DNA of 64,000 nt from an uncultured virus (IMG/VR IMGVR_UViG_3300042337_000191) (lineage: Duplodnaviria > Heunggongvirae > Uroviricota > Caudoviricetes), in the IMG/VR virus record IMGVR_UViG_3300042337_000191; one strand, given 5' to 3'. The notes beneath the pieces are model-generated. The model did no database searches, was not told the origin of the DNA, and saw nothing but the letters and a program-made list of their open reading frames with translations. Position numbers and translations under genes: made by a program. The number at the start of each line of letters is the position of its first letter. Position 1 is the stretch's first letter. Shown piece by piece: positions 34,228 through 43,780 of this stretch.

Positions 34228-34605
34228 TTAAGGCCACAAAATCTTTTTGATGTCTGGTGGAGTCCACCCATCTGGCTTTAAAATCTTTCCATCTTCTCTG
34301 CGCTTTGGCTTACCATCTGGTCCTAGTTTTGCCATGTTAGATTTGTGGACTTCGTCGAAGACAACGTCCAAGGGAATCCCGTAAGATGCAGCAGTCCCAC
34401 AGACAATGTAAATAATATCAGCAAGCTCTTTGGCGACATTCTCTAGATCGTCCTTCTGTTCGCCTTCCATATATTCATTAAATTCTTCGCTCAATAACTT
34501 CATACGAAGATTTCGCTCGGCCATATCAGGAAACACTGCAGCCTGACCAATATTCTGACCAACAGCTGTTTGAAAATTCTTTACATCTTGAAACATATTA
34601 CTCAT
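34228..34605 (-). CDS. MazG-superfamily NTP pyrophosphohydrolase
   Basis: EEFNE, KELAD, VHKSNMAK, REDGKILKP. Confidence 0.85.
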   Translation of the reverse strand: MSNMFQDVKNFQTAVGQNIGQAAVFPDMAERNLRMKLLSEEFNEYMEGEQKDDLENVAKELADIIYIVCGTAASYGIPLDVVFDEVHKSNMAKLGPDGKPKRREDGKILKPDGWTPPDIKKILWP

Positions 34606-35161
34606 ATATCCACTCCGGAGGATTGCGGTTTTTCCAACTATGAAGATGAGTCTTACCCATCTTATAATAATTACGATAATTTTCTACTGGATTAGATCCA
34701 ATAATGTATTCTGGCGCCATGCAAGAAGGCATAGTAGTCATGTCATACTCTTGCAAATTCTTAGGCGGAGAAGCTAATGTAGCTGAGATCTCACCATAAC
34801 ACTTATGCGTCTTATCATAACGATAAGTATATTCCTGCATAAGAGCAAAGAAATGATCTACCAGCCAATTATAATTCTCGACGCTCGTGCGAGCCCATAC
34901 AGCAGATGGGTGATTGATATGTGTAGCTGAGTATATAACATCTTCACGTGCATCATTTAGCAACCACCATTTCTTTTTGCGGGTTTTAGTTGTTCCATCT
35001 TCCTGCTCGACTTGAACTTCGAGTTGAATCTCTCGACCATCGAGCAAACGATGCGCTGTCGAAAGCAGCTGAGCAGACTCGAGGATCATCTTAACAACAT
35101 GACGATCTACCATCCACTCGGCTGCAGTAACAGGGTTCTCAGAAATATAAAAAATATTCAT
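34598..35161 (-). CDS. pyrimidine dimer DNA glycosylase / endonuclease V-like protein
   Basis: MNIFY...DRHVVKMILESAQLLSTAH, THINHPS, YRNYY. Confidence 0.8.
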   Translation of the reverse strand: MNIFYISENPVTAAEWMVDRHVVKMILESAQLLSTAHRLLDGREIQLEVQVEQEDGTTKTRKKKWWLLNDAREDVIYSATHINHPSAVWARTSVENYNWLVDHFFALMQEYTYRYDKTHKCYGEISATLASPPKNLQEYDMTTMPSCMAPEYIIGSNPVENYRNYYKMGKTHLHSWKNRNPPEWIYE

Positions 35162-35311
35162 TACTTATCCCAGTATAGAAACAACTTAACCCAAATATAA
35201 ACTAAAAAACAAATAATAGCAAATAAAATAATATCTTCGATTTTACGCATTTTTTCTGCAAGGATATAAAAATGAAAGTATCTTTCTCCTATTCCTGACA
35301 GTTTAACCAAA

Positions 35312-35785
35312 TTATCCATTATTTTTCCACTTCCTTAAGGCTTGATCTCGATGAAACTTATTTGCTTTATCATAAAAGCGAATACCATCTAAATGATCGA
35401 TTTCATGTTGAAACACTCTCGCTGACATACCTATGAATTGTTTTGTTAGAGTGTCTCCGTTTGGAGTCTGAAATCTTACTCGAATAAATTCAGGACGCTT
35501 TATTTTAACTATTAATCCGGGATAAGTCAAGCATCCTTCTTCGAGCGTAACAGTCTGTTCGCTTTGCTGCACAATCTTTGGATTGAAACAAACAAAGTTT
35601 TCTGGCGCTGCTCTCATAGCGAAGATTCGATATGGCGTTCCTACCTGATTAGCTGCTAGACCCAACCCATTGTTTTCATACATACACTTAACCAAGTTCT
35701 GTGCATATTCAACTGGGTCGAATGGAGGATCTTTAAAATCAAATTCTTCACATTCGGTTGTAATATATCTATCGTCTAATTCCAT
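35312..35785 (-). CDS. def: peptide deformylase
   Basis: GLGLAANQ, EGCLT, QHEIDHLDG. Confidence 0.93.
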   Translation of the reverse strand: MELDDRYITTECEEFDFKDPPFDPVEYAQNLVKCMYENNGLGLAANQVGTPYRIFAMRAAPENFVCFNPKIVQQSEQTVTLEEGCLTYPGLIVKIKRPEFIRVRFQTPNGDTLTKQFIGMSARVFQHEIDHLDGIRFYDKANKFHRDQALRKWKNNG

Positions 35786-35789
35786 AATT

Positions 35790-36233
35790 TTATTCCTGTA
35801 AATATTTTTCAAATTTACTTTTCATTTTCTCATATATCCCTAAACCATTATTGCAAGCAACGCATAATAATCCTCTATATTTTCCTGTATTATGGTCATG
35901 ATCTACATGAGGTAGTTGCATTTCTTTATCACAAATTTTACATCTTCTTTGTTGGATTTCAAGTTCATGTAAATACTTGTTGTAAGTCATATCTACTATG
36001 CCTTTGGATAGCCAATGTTTTTCCATAAGTATGGCTTTATTTTCTTCTCTGTATTTTCGGGCTTTTTCTTTATCGTATCTTTTTGACCAATATTCAGGAT
36101 CTTCTTCTTTTTTCTTTTCTCTATATTTTTTATAATACTTTTTATATTCTCCGCTTTCTTTAAGTTTTTCTCTATAAAGCCTATCATAATTAGGATCTGA
36201 TCTTTTTGGTAAATCATGGTGTTTATATGACAT
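35790..36233 (-). CDS. endonuclease VII-family (His-Me) homing endonuclease-like protein
   Basis: CKIC...HVDHDHNTGKYRGLLCVACNNGLG. Confidence 0.82.
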   Translation of the reverse strand: MSYKHHDLPKRSDPNYDRLYREKLKESGEYKKYYKKYREKKKEEDPEYWSKRYDKEKARKYREENKAILMEKHWLSKGIVDMTYNKYLHELEIQQRRCKICDKEMQLPHVDHDHNTGKYRGLLCVACNNGLGIYEKMKSKFEKYLQE

Positions 36234-36284
36234 ATTTTCTCCTAAAATTCTTATATTTTTTATTTAGTAGAAAAATAATAATTT

Positions 36285-37985
36285 TCACTCTATAGTAGAA
36301 AAATTTTTTACTTTCTTAAACCGAATTGTGTTATTAAATTTCTCATTCATATGTTCTTTGTGAGATATAATAACAATGTTATTGTCTTTGGCTATATCTC
36401 TAATGATATTCATAAGATAATCTGTAGCGTTCTGATCAAGAGAAGAATCGAATACTTCGTCCATGATCAACAGATTGGTGCTTACAGAATTACGAAGCTT
36501 GGCTATGGCTCTCCAAGTAAACAGTAATGCTAGATCGATCTTCTGTTTCTCACCTTCAGAGAAGGAAGCGTAAGTAAAATTATCTCTATAACGAGACTTG
36601 ATTGTTTCGTTAAAATTTTCATCAAGCTCAAAAGAAACAAAGAAGTCCATTGAAGAAAGATACTTATTGATTAGTTTATTGATAACAGGAATATATTGTC
36701 TAATAATTTTAGACTTGATACCTGTATCCTTCAATAAGATAGTTGCAGCAGCCAATACATCTTTTTCTTCACTTAATTGATTATACTTAGTTTCTAGAAC
36801 TTCTAATTCTTTTTCATAATCTATGATCTTAACATCAACAACATCATTCTTGTTTTTTAGGTTTTCTATTTCATTTTTTAATTGTTCAATGTATTTTAAT
36901 AGAGATGTGGTTGTAGTTCTATATTCAACCCTTTCCATCTCATATTTTTGAATATCACTATTCATATTCATAATTTGTTTTAGACGATTATTAGCAGTGT
37001 CATATTCAACTGATAATAACTTCAAACCTTCTTCAGTTTCTTTAATCTGAGAAGTTTTTTCTTCAATCGTTTTGTCTCTAAAACTTTGTTCAATGTGTTG
37101 CTTACATGTAGGACAATTTTCGTGATTATTAAAAAAGTCTACATCTTGATTTAAGATAGCCATCTTGGCTTCTATTTGATGTCTTAGTTTAGATAGCTTT
37201 TCTAGCTTCTTAGATACGCTTTCGTTATCACCTATTTGACTACGACAATTTTCTATCTGCTCATCTATCTTTTTCATTTTACCAGATAGTTCTTTTATCT
37301 TTTTATCAGTTTCTTTTATAATCTTTTCTTTTTCTACAGCCAATTTATTATTATTGTTTTGCAATTCTTGCAAATGATTTTTAGTAAGTTCAATCTTGGA
37401 GTTTACTAATTTTTTATTGCTGGTAACTTCGTAAATGTTCTCGCTATTTGTAAGAACTTTATCTTTTAAAATAGAATTCATTACAGTAAAAATTTGCAGA
37501 TCTAAAAGATCTTCAATAATCTCTCGGCGCTGACCAGATGATAGCTGCATAAACGGTTGGAACGTAGCCGAACCTAATACAACTACTTGACTAAACGACT
37601 TTTGATTTACTTTGATGATTTGCTTTTCGAGCAGTTCTTGATAATCTTTCATTTCAGCGTTCTGATTTAAAAGATTACCATTCAGATATACTTCGAAAAC
37701 CGATGGCTTTATGCCACGAACAATCTTGTATTCCTTAGATCCTATAGAAAACTCTATCTCTACCACACAGTTTTTTTGCGTGATAGAGTTTACAAGCTGA
37801 GGCTTGTTTATTTTTCGGAAAGGTTTACCAAAAAGACCAAAGGTTAACGCATCAAGAATGGTTGACTTACCAGCCCCATTCTGCCCAACAATAAGAGTAG
37901 TATCTTTACTGGCTAGATCTATCTCTGTGAATACGTTACCGGTCGAAAGAAAATTCTTCCATCGTAGTTTCTTAAAATAAATCAT
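36285..37985 (-). CDS. 46: recombination endonuclease subunit gp46 (Rad50-like)
   Basis: GQNGAGKST, CPTC hook, FSEGE, MDEVFD. Confidence 0.95.
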   Translation of the reverse strand: MIYFKKLRWKNFLSTGNVFTEIDLASKDTTLIVGQNGAGKSTILDALTFGLFGKPFRKINKPQLVNSITQKNCVVEIEFSIGSKEYKIVRGIKPSVFEVYLNGNLLNQNAEMKDYQELLEKQIIKVNQKSFSQVVVLGSATFQPFMQLSSGQRREIIEDLLDLQIFTVMNSILKDKVLTNSENIYEVTSNKKLVNSKIELTKNHLQELQNNNNKLAVEKEKIIKETDKKIKELSGKMKKIDEQIENCRSQIGDNESVSKKLEKLSKLRHQIEAKMAILNQDVDFFNNHENCPTCKQHIEQSFRDKTIEEKTSQIKETEEGLKLLSVEYDTANNRLKQIMNMNSDIQKYEMERVEYRTTTTSLLKYIEQLKNEIENLKNKNDVVDVKIIDYEKELEVLETKYNQLSEEKDVLAAATILLKDTGIKSKIIRQYIPVINKLINKYLSSMDFFVSFELDENFNETIKSRYRDNFTYASFSEGEKQKIDLALLFTWRAIAKLRNSVSTNLLIMDEVFDSSLDQNATDYLMNIIRDIAKDNNIVIISHKEHMNEKFNNTIRFKKVKNFSTIE

Positions 37986-39040
37986 TCAACTGTCAATGCC
38001 TCATTATATAATTCAACAATTTTATTTTCTAATTTAGTCTTATCAACGCCTTTAACTTCAGCGCCAGTAATATACTTTTTGAAAATATCAATTGTAGATT
38101 CAGCCTCATCAATAATCTCATCATCATCTTCGAGATTCAGATTAAGATGGTCCTCTACTATTTGGATATCGATAGGATTTTGTTTTTCTATGTTCTCAAT
38201 AAATTTTTCGAACCAATAAGGGTTATTCTTTTCAGTAATAATAATTTTAATTATCTTATTAGCAAACTGTGTGTAATCAATATTACTATCAACAAACTTT
38301 GGATCACCATCATTATACCAAAACTTATGAAACATCTTATAAGGATTTTCGATAAATTTTATTTCTCTCGTTTCTGTGTCAAAGATATGAAACCCTCGAG
38401 GATCATTATAATCAGACCAAGTATACTCTGCAGGAGAACCGAGATAATAAATATTACCACGGTTTGAACGATGATGAAAATGCCCAGAGCAGACAACATC
38501 AAAACGTCCAAACAAACTTGGATCGTCTCCGTGTGAAACAATTGATCCTTTAAACATTTCAAACCCTTGAAGTTCAAGATGTCCGAAAGCAATTTGCGCA
38601 TCTGTATTCCTTATTAAGGTGAAGGAATGTTCTCGATTATCATCGCAAATCCAAGGAATTAACAGAATCTTAGTATCACCGAACATTACTTCGGTTGTTT
38701 TATCATATATATTTATTTCATACTTTCTAAAAAGTTCGTTGAAAGAAGAGACTTCATTGGTATTCTTATGATACGTGTCATGATTACCTAGACACTGATG
38801 CCATTCTATACCACGAGAAATAGCAGGCTCAATTAGATCTTTCCGTAAACGATAAGCAGTATTAATGTTAATATACTTACGACGATCAACAATATCCCCA
38901 CAATGAACGATAGTACGAATATTGTTGTCGTCGAGGTATTTAAAAAACACATCATCGTAAAATCTCTTCATATAATCATGAAATGCAAGGGAGTCATTTC
39001 TAACTCCTGCATGACTATCGGTTAAAAGTGCGATTTTCAT
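37982..39040 (-). CDS. 47: recombination endonuclease subunit gp47 (Mre11-like)
   Basis: DSH, GD, GNHD, GHFH phosphoesterase motifs. Confidence 0.95.
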   Translation of the reverse strand: MKIALLTDSHAGVRNDSLAFHDYMKRFYDDVFFKYLDDNNIRTIVHCGDIVDRRKYININTAYRLRKDLIEPAISRGIEWHQCLGNHDTYHKNTNEVSSFNELFRKYEINIYDKTTEVMFGDTKILLIPWICDDNREHSFTLIRNTDAQIAFGHLELQGFEMFKGSIVSHGDDPSLFGRFDVVCSGHFHHRSNRGNIYYLGSPAEYTWSDYNDPRGFHIFDTETREIKFIENPYKMFHKFWYNDGDPKFVDSNIDYTQFANKIIKIIITEKNNPYWFEKFIENIEKQNPIDIQIVEDHLNLNLEDDDEIIDEAESTIDIFKKYITGAEVKGVDKTKLENKIVELYNEALTVE

Positions 39041-39197
39041 TCTTTGAATTTGCCTTTACAACAGCAGCTGTAACATAATCTCGAATAGCATCTAGACGCA
39101 TCAAAAGATTCATTCTTTCGTTTTCTTTAATATTCTTATCGTTTAATCTATTAACAATATCTTGGATGTTAACAGGTACAAGATGATCATTCTTCAT
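39015..39197 (-). CDS. small hypothetical protein
   Basis: Translationally coupled ORF between 55 and 47. Confidence 0.6.
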   Translation of the reverse strand: MKNDHLVPVNIQDIVNRLNDKNIKENERMNLLMRLDAIRDYVTAAVVKANSKNENRTFNR

Positions 39198-39753
39198 TCT
39201 CTTCTACCTCCTCTTCTAATTCAGAAAAAATCTCTACTCCGGTAAGTTTACTCTGTTTTTTAGTTTTAGTCAACTTATCTTCAAACGAGCGAACAATGTC
39301 GGAAGAGTAATCATTAGATTTTAAATGTGTAGCGTGATTAGAGTCTTCTATTATTTCGCTGAACAAATGAGAGTTCTCGAAATTTTTATGTTTGATATAA
39401 GTCTGTTTCTTTTCTTTTTGTATTCTTCTTAAAAAAGCATTCCATGCAATCTGCGTAAAATAAGCGAAGGGATTATTCGTTTTATCCGGGTTAAAGTTAT
39501 CGACTGCTGCAATGCAGTCCATAATACCGTCGCTAATCATATCTTGTTTATATGTATATCCTGAGAAGTTTGGTTTCTTAGCAAGGTTATTACAAATTAA
39601 AAGAATAGACTCACCAATATATTTTGGAACGATAGGTTTTTCTTGACCTTTACTCAATGCATCTTTTAAATCGTTTTTGTAATGGATCATTGCTCCATAA
39701 AGAGTTTTGTTGTTGATATAATTTACTTTTCTTTTTGGTTTCTTTTCTTCCAT
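39187..39753 (-). CDS. 55: late-transcription sigma factor gp55
   Basis: NYINNK, KPNFSGYTY, NPFAYFTQIAWNAFLRRIQKEKKQ. Confidence 0.93.
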   Translation of the reverse strand: MEEKKPKRKVNYINNKTLYGAMIHYKNDLKDALSKGQEKPIVPKYIGESILLICNNLAKKPNFSGYTYKQDMISDGIMDCIAAVDNFNPDKTNNPFAYFTQIAWNAFLRRIQKEKKQTYIKHKNFENSHLFSEIIEDSNHATHLKSNDYSSDIVRSFEDKLTKTKKQSKLTGVEIFSELEEEVEENEE

Positions 39754-39763
39754 AATATATCCC

Positions 39764-39791
39764 TTGACTTTTTTCGCAGCACGAGTATAAT
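39764..39791 (+). promoter_or_regulatory. sigma70-type promoter oriented antisense to uvsW
   Basis: TTGACT-N16-TATAAT on the + strand with no credible + strand gene downstream. Confidence 0.55.
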
Positions 39792-39811
39792 CACTAGTGC
39801 CCCAGTTGAAA

Positions 39812-41257
39812 TTAATATTCTAAATTCACTTTATAGATTTTATATTCAAACTTCTCTTCGTTATATATCTTAACTCTTTCCATGAAGTGTAACAATGTAT
39901 AATTCTTCTTTGATTTCCAACTCAAGTCGTCGGCGATGTCATAAAGTGTCGAAGAAGTTTTAGTGTTCGATTTACGTAGCCCTCGACCAATTGACTGAAG
40001 GTTTCTAATTCTTGACTTGGAAGGAGAAGCAAATATAATATTATGAAGGTTCTTAATATTGACTCCGGTACTAAAAGTGCCAAAAGAAGCCACAATAATC
40101 GAATTATTTTCATTCTCAACAACCTTTCTTATTTCTTCTCTTTGTTCTCCAGAAACTTCTCCGGAAACCCAGTATACTGATCGATCGTTATTCTGTAGCA
40201 TATTTGCTAGATGAATACCATGCTTCTCAACGAATTGGTATAATATCAAAGTATTACCTTCAAGAGAAAGAGCAAGGTTCTTAATGAATTTGTTTCTTGC
40301 TTCTAACTTGACCAGATAATCCATTTCTGCTTGATAATCATTGGCTCGAGCAATCATCTTTTTAGCTTCATCCGGATGATTTAATACTATCGCTTTGATT
40401 CTAAAATCAGCAAGGTGCTTTTGATCAATCAACTCCTTTGTTGATATTACTTTTCTGACGGCTCCAAAGAGTCCTTCAAGAACGAGCTTGTGGGTTTGAG
40501 TACCATCCAATGTTCCGGTAAATCCAAAACGGTAACGTGCAGCGGGTATCTTAGTAAGTATAGAAGTAAGAGATTTTGCTTTGAAGAGATGAGCTTCGTC
40601 TCCGATGACAACATCAAAGTTGTCAAAGAATTTGCTAGGTAGTTTGTATATGCTTTGCCAAGTTGTGATTGTGATTGGTTTTGTTGATCCCTTATCCTGT
40701 CCAGCGAACACACGATGAACAAAAGTATCGGAGTCAAAACCATAGTCAGCAAAATCACTGGCAAGCTGGCTAACAAGAGAAGTAGTTGGTACAATAATAA
40801 GAGTGCGTTTTGCATAATACCTCACAAGTAGATAGATAATAAATGATTTACCAGATGCAGTTGGTGATAACAAAAGAGCTCTACGTTCTCTAACTGCATG
40901 AACGAATGCATCAATTTGATAGTCTCTAGGTTCCATTGTTGGTTTTAATTTAGCAATGAAATCTTTTGCTTCCTTTACAGAAAAATTTTCTGCAGAGAAA
41001 TCTGTTAGATACTCTAATTCGTATTCTCTTGATTTACAGAATTCTTCTACGTATTTCGTAAGGCCAGCATATAAAAGCCCAGTCATTACATTAAGGAGTC
41101 TTATTTTACCATCCCAGAACTTAGATCGATAAGCAGGCATGAAGCTGGCGCCAGGAACAGTGAATGTAAAAAATTCACTCATTTCCATCATGATGCTGGG
41201 TTCGGCTTTGATCTTTACATATATTTCGTCGAACTTTTCAATCTGAACTTTATCCAT
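39812..41257 (-). CDS. uvsW: UvsW SF2 helicase
   Basis: WDGKIRL, PTASGKS, DEAH, QSIGRGLR. Confidence 0.95.
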   Translation of the reverse strand: MDKVQIEKFDEIYVKIKAEPSIMMEMSEFFTFTVPGASFMPAYRSKFWDGKIRLLNVMTGLLYAGLTKYVEEFCKSREYELEYLTDFSAENFSVKEAKDFIAKLKPTMEPRDYQIDAFVHAVRERRALLLSPTASGKSFIIYLLVRYYAKRTLIIVPTTSLVSQLASDFADYGFDSDTFVHRVFAGQDKGSTKPITITTWQSIYKLPSKFFDNFDVVIGDEAHLFKAKSLTSILTKIPAARYRFGFTGTLDGTQTHKLVLEGLFGAVRKVISTKELIDQKHLADFRIKAIVLNHPDEAKKMIARANDYQAEMDYLVKLEARNKFIKNLALSLEGNTLILYQFVEKHGIHLANMLQNNDRSVYWVSGEVSGEQREEIRKVVENENNSIIVASFGTFSTGVNIKNLHNIIFASPSKSRIRNLQSIGRGLRKSNTKTSSTLYDIADDLSWKSKKNYTLLHFMERVKIYNEEKFEYKIYKVNLEY

Positions 41258-41691
41258 TATGCTCCCATGGTGAACTTCTGCCAATCAATAGCATTACGAA
41301 TAATAAAATTTCTATTCATAACAGTTTTAATGATTGAATCTAACAGTTCTATCTTTTCTTGTTGATAACCAATTTTAAGAGATTGATTTATTATTTCCTG
41401 ATCAGAATCCAAATACATAGGAATATCGCTTTTGAGGATCATACCTTTAGGCGGAAGCTTCCAACCTCTATCTTTAGTTTCTTCGTTTGGACCCTGAGTT
41501 AAAAATTCATACTTATCAAGCTTGAGTTGTTTCATCTCTGACTCTTGCTTACGCAGAATCATTTTTTCCTTGACATAAATTTGATAATATTTATGATGGA
41601 GTTTAGGGATTTTAAGGGCTTCTTCGCCTAGCTCTGTTTTGTCAATCTGAGAATCGACGTTCCAATTTTCTAAAATTTCATCAATAGTCAT
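41257..41691 (-). CDS. uvsY: recombination mediator UvsY
   Basis: IPKLHHKY, ILKSDIPMYL, IRNAIDWQKF; synteny. Confidence 0.88.
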   Translation of the reverse strand: MTIDEILENWNVDSQIDKTELGEEALKIPKLHHKYYQIYVKEKMILRKQESEMKQLKLDKYEFLTQGPNEETKDRGWKLPPKGMILKSDIPMYLDSDQEIINQSLKIGYQQEKIELLDSIIKTVMNRNFIIRNAIDWQKFTMGA

Positions 41692-41747
41692 AGATCACCT
41701 TTTTCAATTAATATTATATTATATAATACTTTTCGAAAAAAGTAAAG

Positions 41748-42269
41748 TTAAATCTTCTCTATATTATACAAAGTATATTTGAAAGTTGCTGAAGCTTCAA
41801 CATAATTGACATCTTCATCGGTTGTTCCAAAGGTTAAACCAGACAGAGATATAGGATGAGCATCTGTATATACTACTTCGTAGTTTGCTGCTTTTGTAGA
41901 TGAAAGAATCATTACAGAAATATCAGAATATATACCATCGCCAGTCCATGATTTCTTTTGTTCTATTTCTCTATACTGATCAAAGTTATCTGGCTTACCA
42001 AGAGCCTTAATCCAGTTATGAATTTCTAGATAGTTTTTAAGGTCTTCATCAACTTTGAACGTAATTTGTAATTCAGAATAATCTATGTGATCGCCAGGGA
42101 CTGGATACTTTACAAATGGTGTAGGGACGTTTGGTGCTGCTAAAGATATTTGAGGAACATTAATTTTCTGTATAAAAAAGTTGACATGTGGCGCCTTCTT
42201 AATTGTGAACTTGAAATTAAGAGGACTAAGAAAGTTTTTGTTTATAGGTGTGTTATCTATAGCAGTCAT
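41748..42269 (-). CDS. 3: tail tube terminator / head-proximal tail tip (gp3)
   Basis: NFLSPLNFKF, FKVDEDLKNYLEIHNWI; synteny. Confidence 0.8.
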   Translation of the reverse strand: MTAIDNTPINKNFLSPLNFKFTIKKAPHVNFFIQKINVPQISLAAPNVPTPFVKYPVPGDHIDYSELQITFKVDEDLKNYLEIHNWIKALGKPDNFDQYREIEQKKSWTGDGIYSDISVMILSSTKAANYEVVYTDAHPISLSGLTFGTTDEDVNYVEASATFKYTLYNIEKI

Positions 42270-42287
42270 ATCAACTCCTTTTCATAC

Positions 42288-42295
42288 TATTTATA
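42288..42295 (-). promoter_or_regulatory. late promoter
   Basis: TATAAATA upstream of gene 3. Confidence 0.7.
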
Positions 42296-42297
42296 TG

Positions 42298-42323
42298 AAA
42301 AAAGGGGCGACCGAAGCCGCCCC
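42298..42323 (-). terminator. intrinsic terminator after gene 23
   Basis: GGGGCGGC-TTCG-GTCGCCCC-TTTTTT. Confidence 0.85.
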
Positions 42324-42358
42324 AGTTTCTAGATATCGGATCTTCGTCCGAAACCAAA

Positions 42359-43732
42359 TTACATAAGGTTATTAACAATAACTCTACGATAGTACTTGTT
42401 AGTGTTGATAGTAAGAGCACCAAGACCCTGAGTAAGACCCTGAGCGAATGGGTTTGCTACCATGCCGTAACGAGTCTTAAAGCCGATCTTTGGCTGGAAG
42501 CTTGACTGATCAACTGCACGAACCATCTGTAGTGGAACGTATGGGCAATAGAATAGACCAGCGTCGAAAGCTGATGAACCCTTATAGCCAACAGTTAGAT
42601 AGTTACCGCCTAGAGCGTATGGATCGATATAAACACGTAGACGACCATTTAGGATACCAGCGAAGGTATTGCCTGTATCGTCAACCTGTAGGTTGTTTGA
42701 GTTAAGAGCAGGAGCGTAGTCAAGAACACCAGCCATCTGTAGTGCAGAAGCAACGTCTGAAGAACAGATAACGATGTTACCCTTACCACGACGAGTCTGC
42801 TTGGCGATCTGGTTAGCTTCACGCTCTAGCTGGAACATTAGACCCTTGAACTTTTCAACTGACCAACGACCGTTTGAGTCAGTATCAAGATCGAAGACAC
42901 CAGCTGTAGTTGTGTTTTCCTGAGCGCCAGCTTCAGCAGTGATGTTGATAGTACGAACAACTTCACGGTTGATTTCGGCTAGGATTTCAGCTGATAGAAT
43001 GTTAGCTAGTTCTGTTTCAGCGTCTAGACCATGGATAGCCTTAAGATCCTGGGCTAGTTCCATAGTATACTCTGCCTTTAGAGCACGAGTGTTAGCTGTA
43101 ACAGTAACCTTCTCAATTGAGAATGCCATCTGTGGGAAAGCAGTGTTTGAGTCGGTTCCAAGAGCTTCAGCCTGGAATGTACCCATAGCAGCACCAGTGT
43201 TATAGGTGTTAACTGCTGTTAGTGGTGAAGTGTTAGTTGCACCTGGAATAGTTCCAACATGCTTCTGACCGAAGGTGTTAGCACCTGAAGTAACAGAAGA
43301 GAACTGAGTGTTAACTTCGTTATAGAATGTTTCTGCGCCAGCGTTGTTATAGCTAGTTGTGTTAGCATAACGTGAACGCATTGCGAAGATGAGGCCAGTT
43401 GGGCCAGTCATTGGCTGAACGCCGCAGATGTCGTATGCCATTAGATTTGGCATTGCACGACGAACTAGAGAAATAAGAACTGGATCGAAAGTATCGATAC
43501 CACCAGTACCCTGAGTTGAGCTTGAAGCGCCCATTAGGTTAGCTGGAACTAGTGAATCAGTCTCAGTTAGAGTCTGATAAGAACCATGAGCAGCAGACTC
43601 AGCTAGAGCCTTCTCAGTGTTCTCAAGCATAACTGCTGTTACTGAACGGCGGTGCTGGTCCTTAATGGCGCCAAGAGCGTCATGGTCTAGGACTGGTGCC
43701 CACTTATTTTGAATTTCCTCAGCTAGATACAT
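42359..43732 (-). CDS. 23: major capsid protein gp23
   Basis: DICGVQPMTGPTGLIFAMR, ELAQDLKAIHGLDA, FQPKIGFKTRYG. Confidence 0.97.
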   Translation of the reverse strand: MYLAEEIQNKWAPVLDHDALGAIKDQHRRSVTAVMLENTEKALAESAAHGSYQTLTETDSLVPANLMGASSSTQGTGGIDTFDPVLISLVRRAMPNLMAYDICGVQPMTGPTGLIFAMRSRYANTTSYNNAGAETFYNEVNTQFSSVTSGANTFGQKHVGTIPGATNTSPLTAVNTYNTGAAMGTFQAEALGTDSNTAFPQMAFSIEKVTVTANTRALKAEYTMELAQDLKAIHGLDAETELANILSAEILAEINREVVRTINITAEAGAQENTTTAGVFDLDTDSNGRWSVEKFKGLMFQLEREANQIAKQTRRGKGNIVICSSDVASALQMAGVLDYAPALNSNNLQVDDTGNTFAGILNGRLRVYIDPYALGGNYLTVGYKGSSAFDAGLFYCPYVPLQMVRAVDQSSFQPKIGFKTRYGMVANPFAQGLTQGLGALTINTNKYYRRVIVNNLM

Positions 43733-43767
43733 TTAGGTTTTCCTTTCTTAGAAAATACACTTTATTT

Positions 43768-43775
43768 TATTTATA
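43768..43775 (-). promoter_or_regulatory. late promoter
   Basis: TATAAATA upstream of gene 23. Confidence 0.75.
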
Positions 43776-43780
43776 ATATA

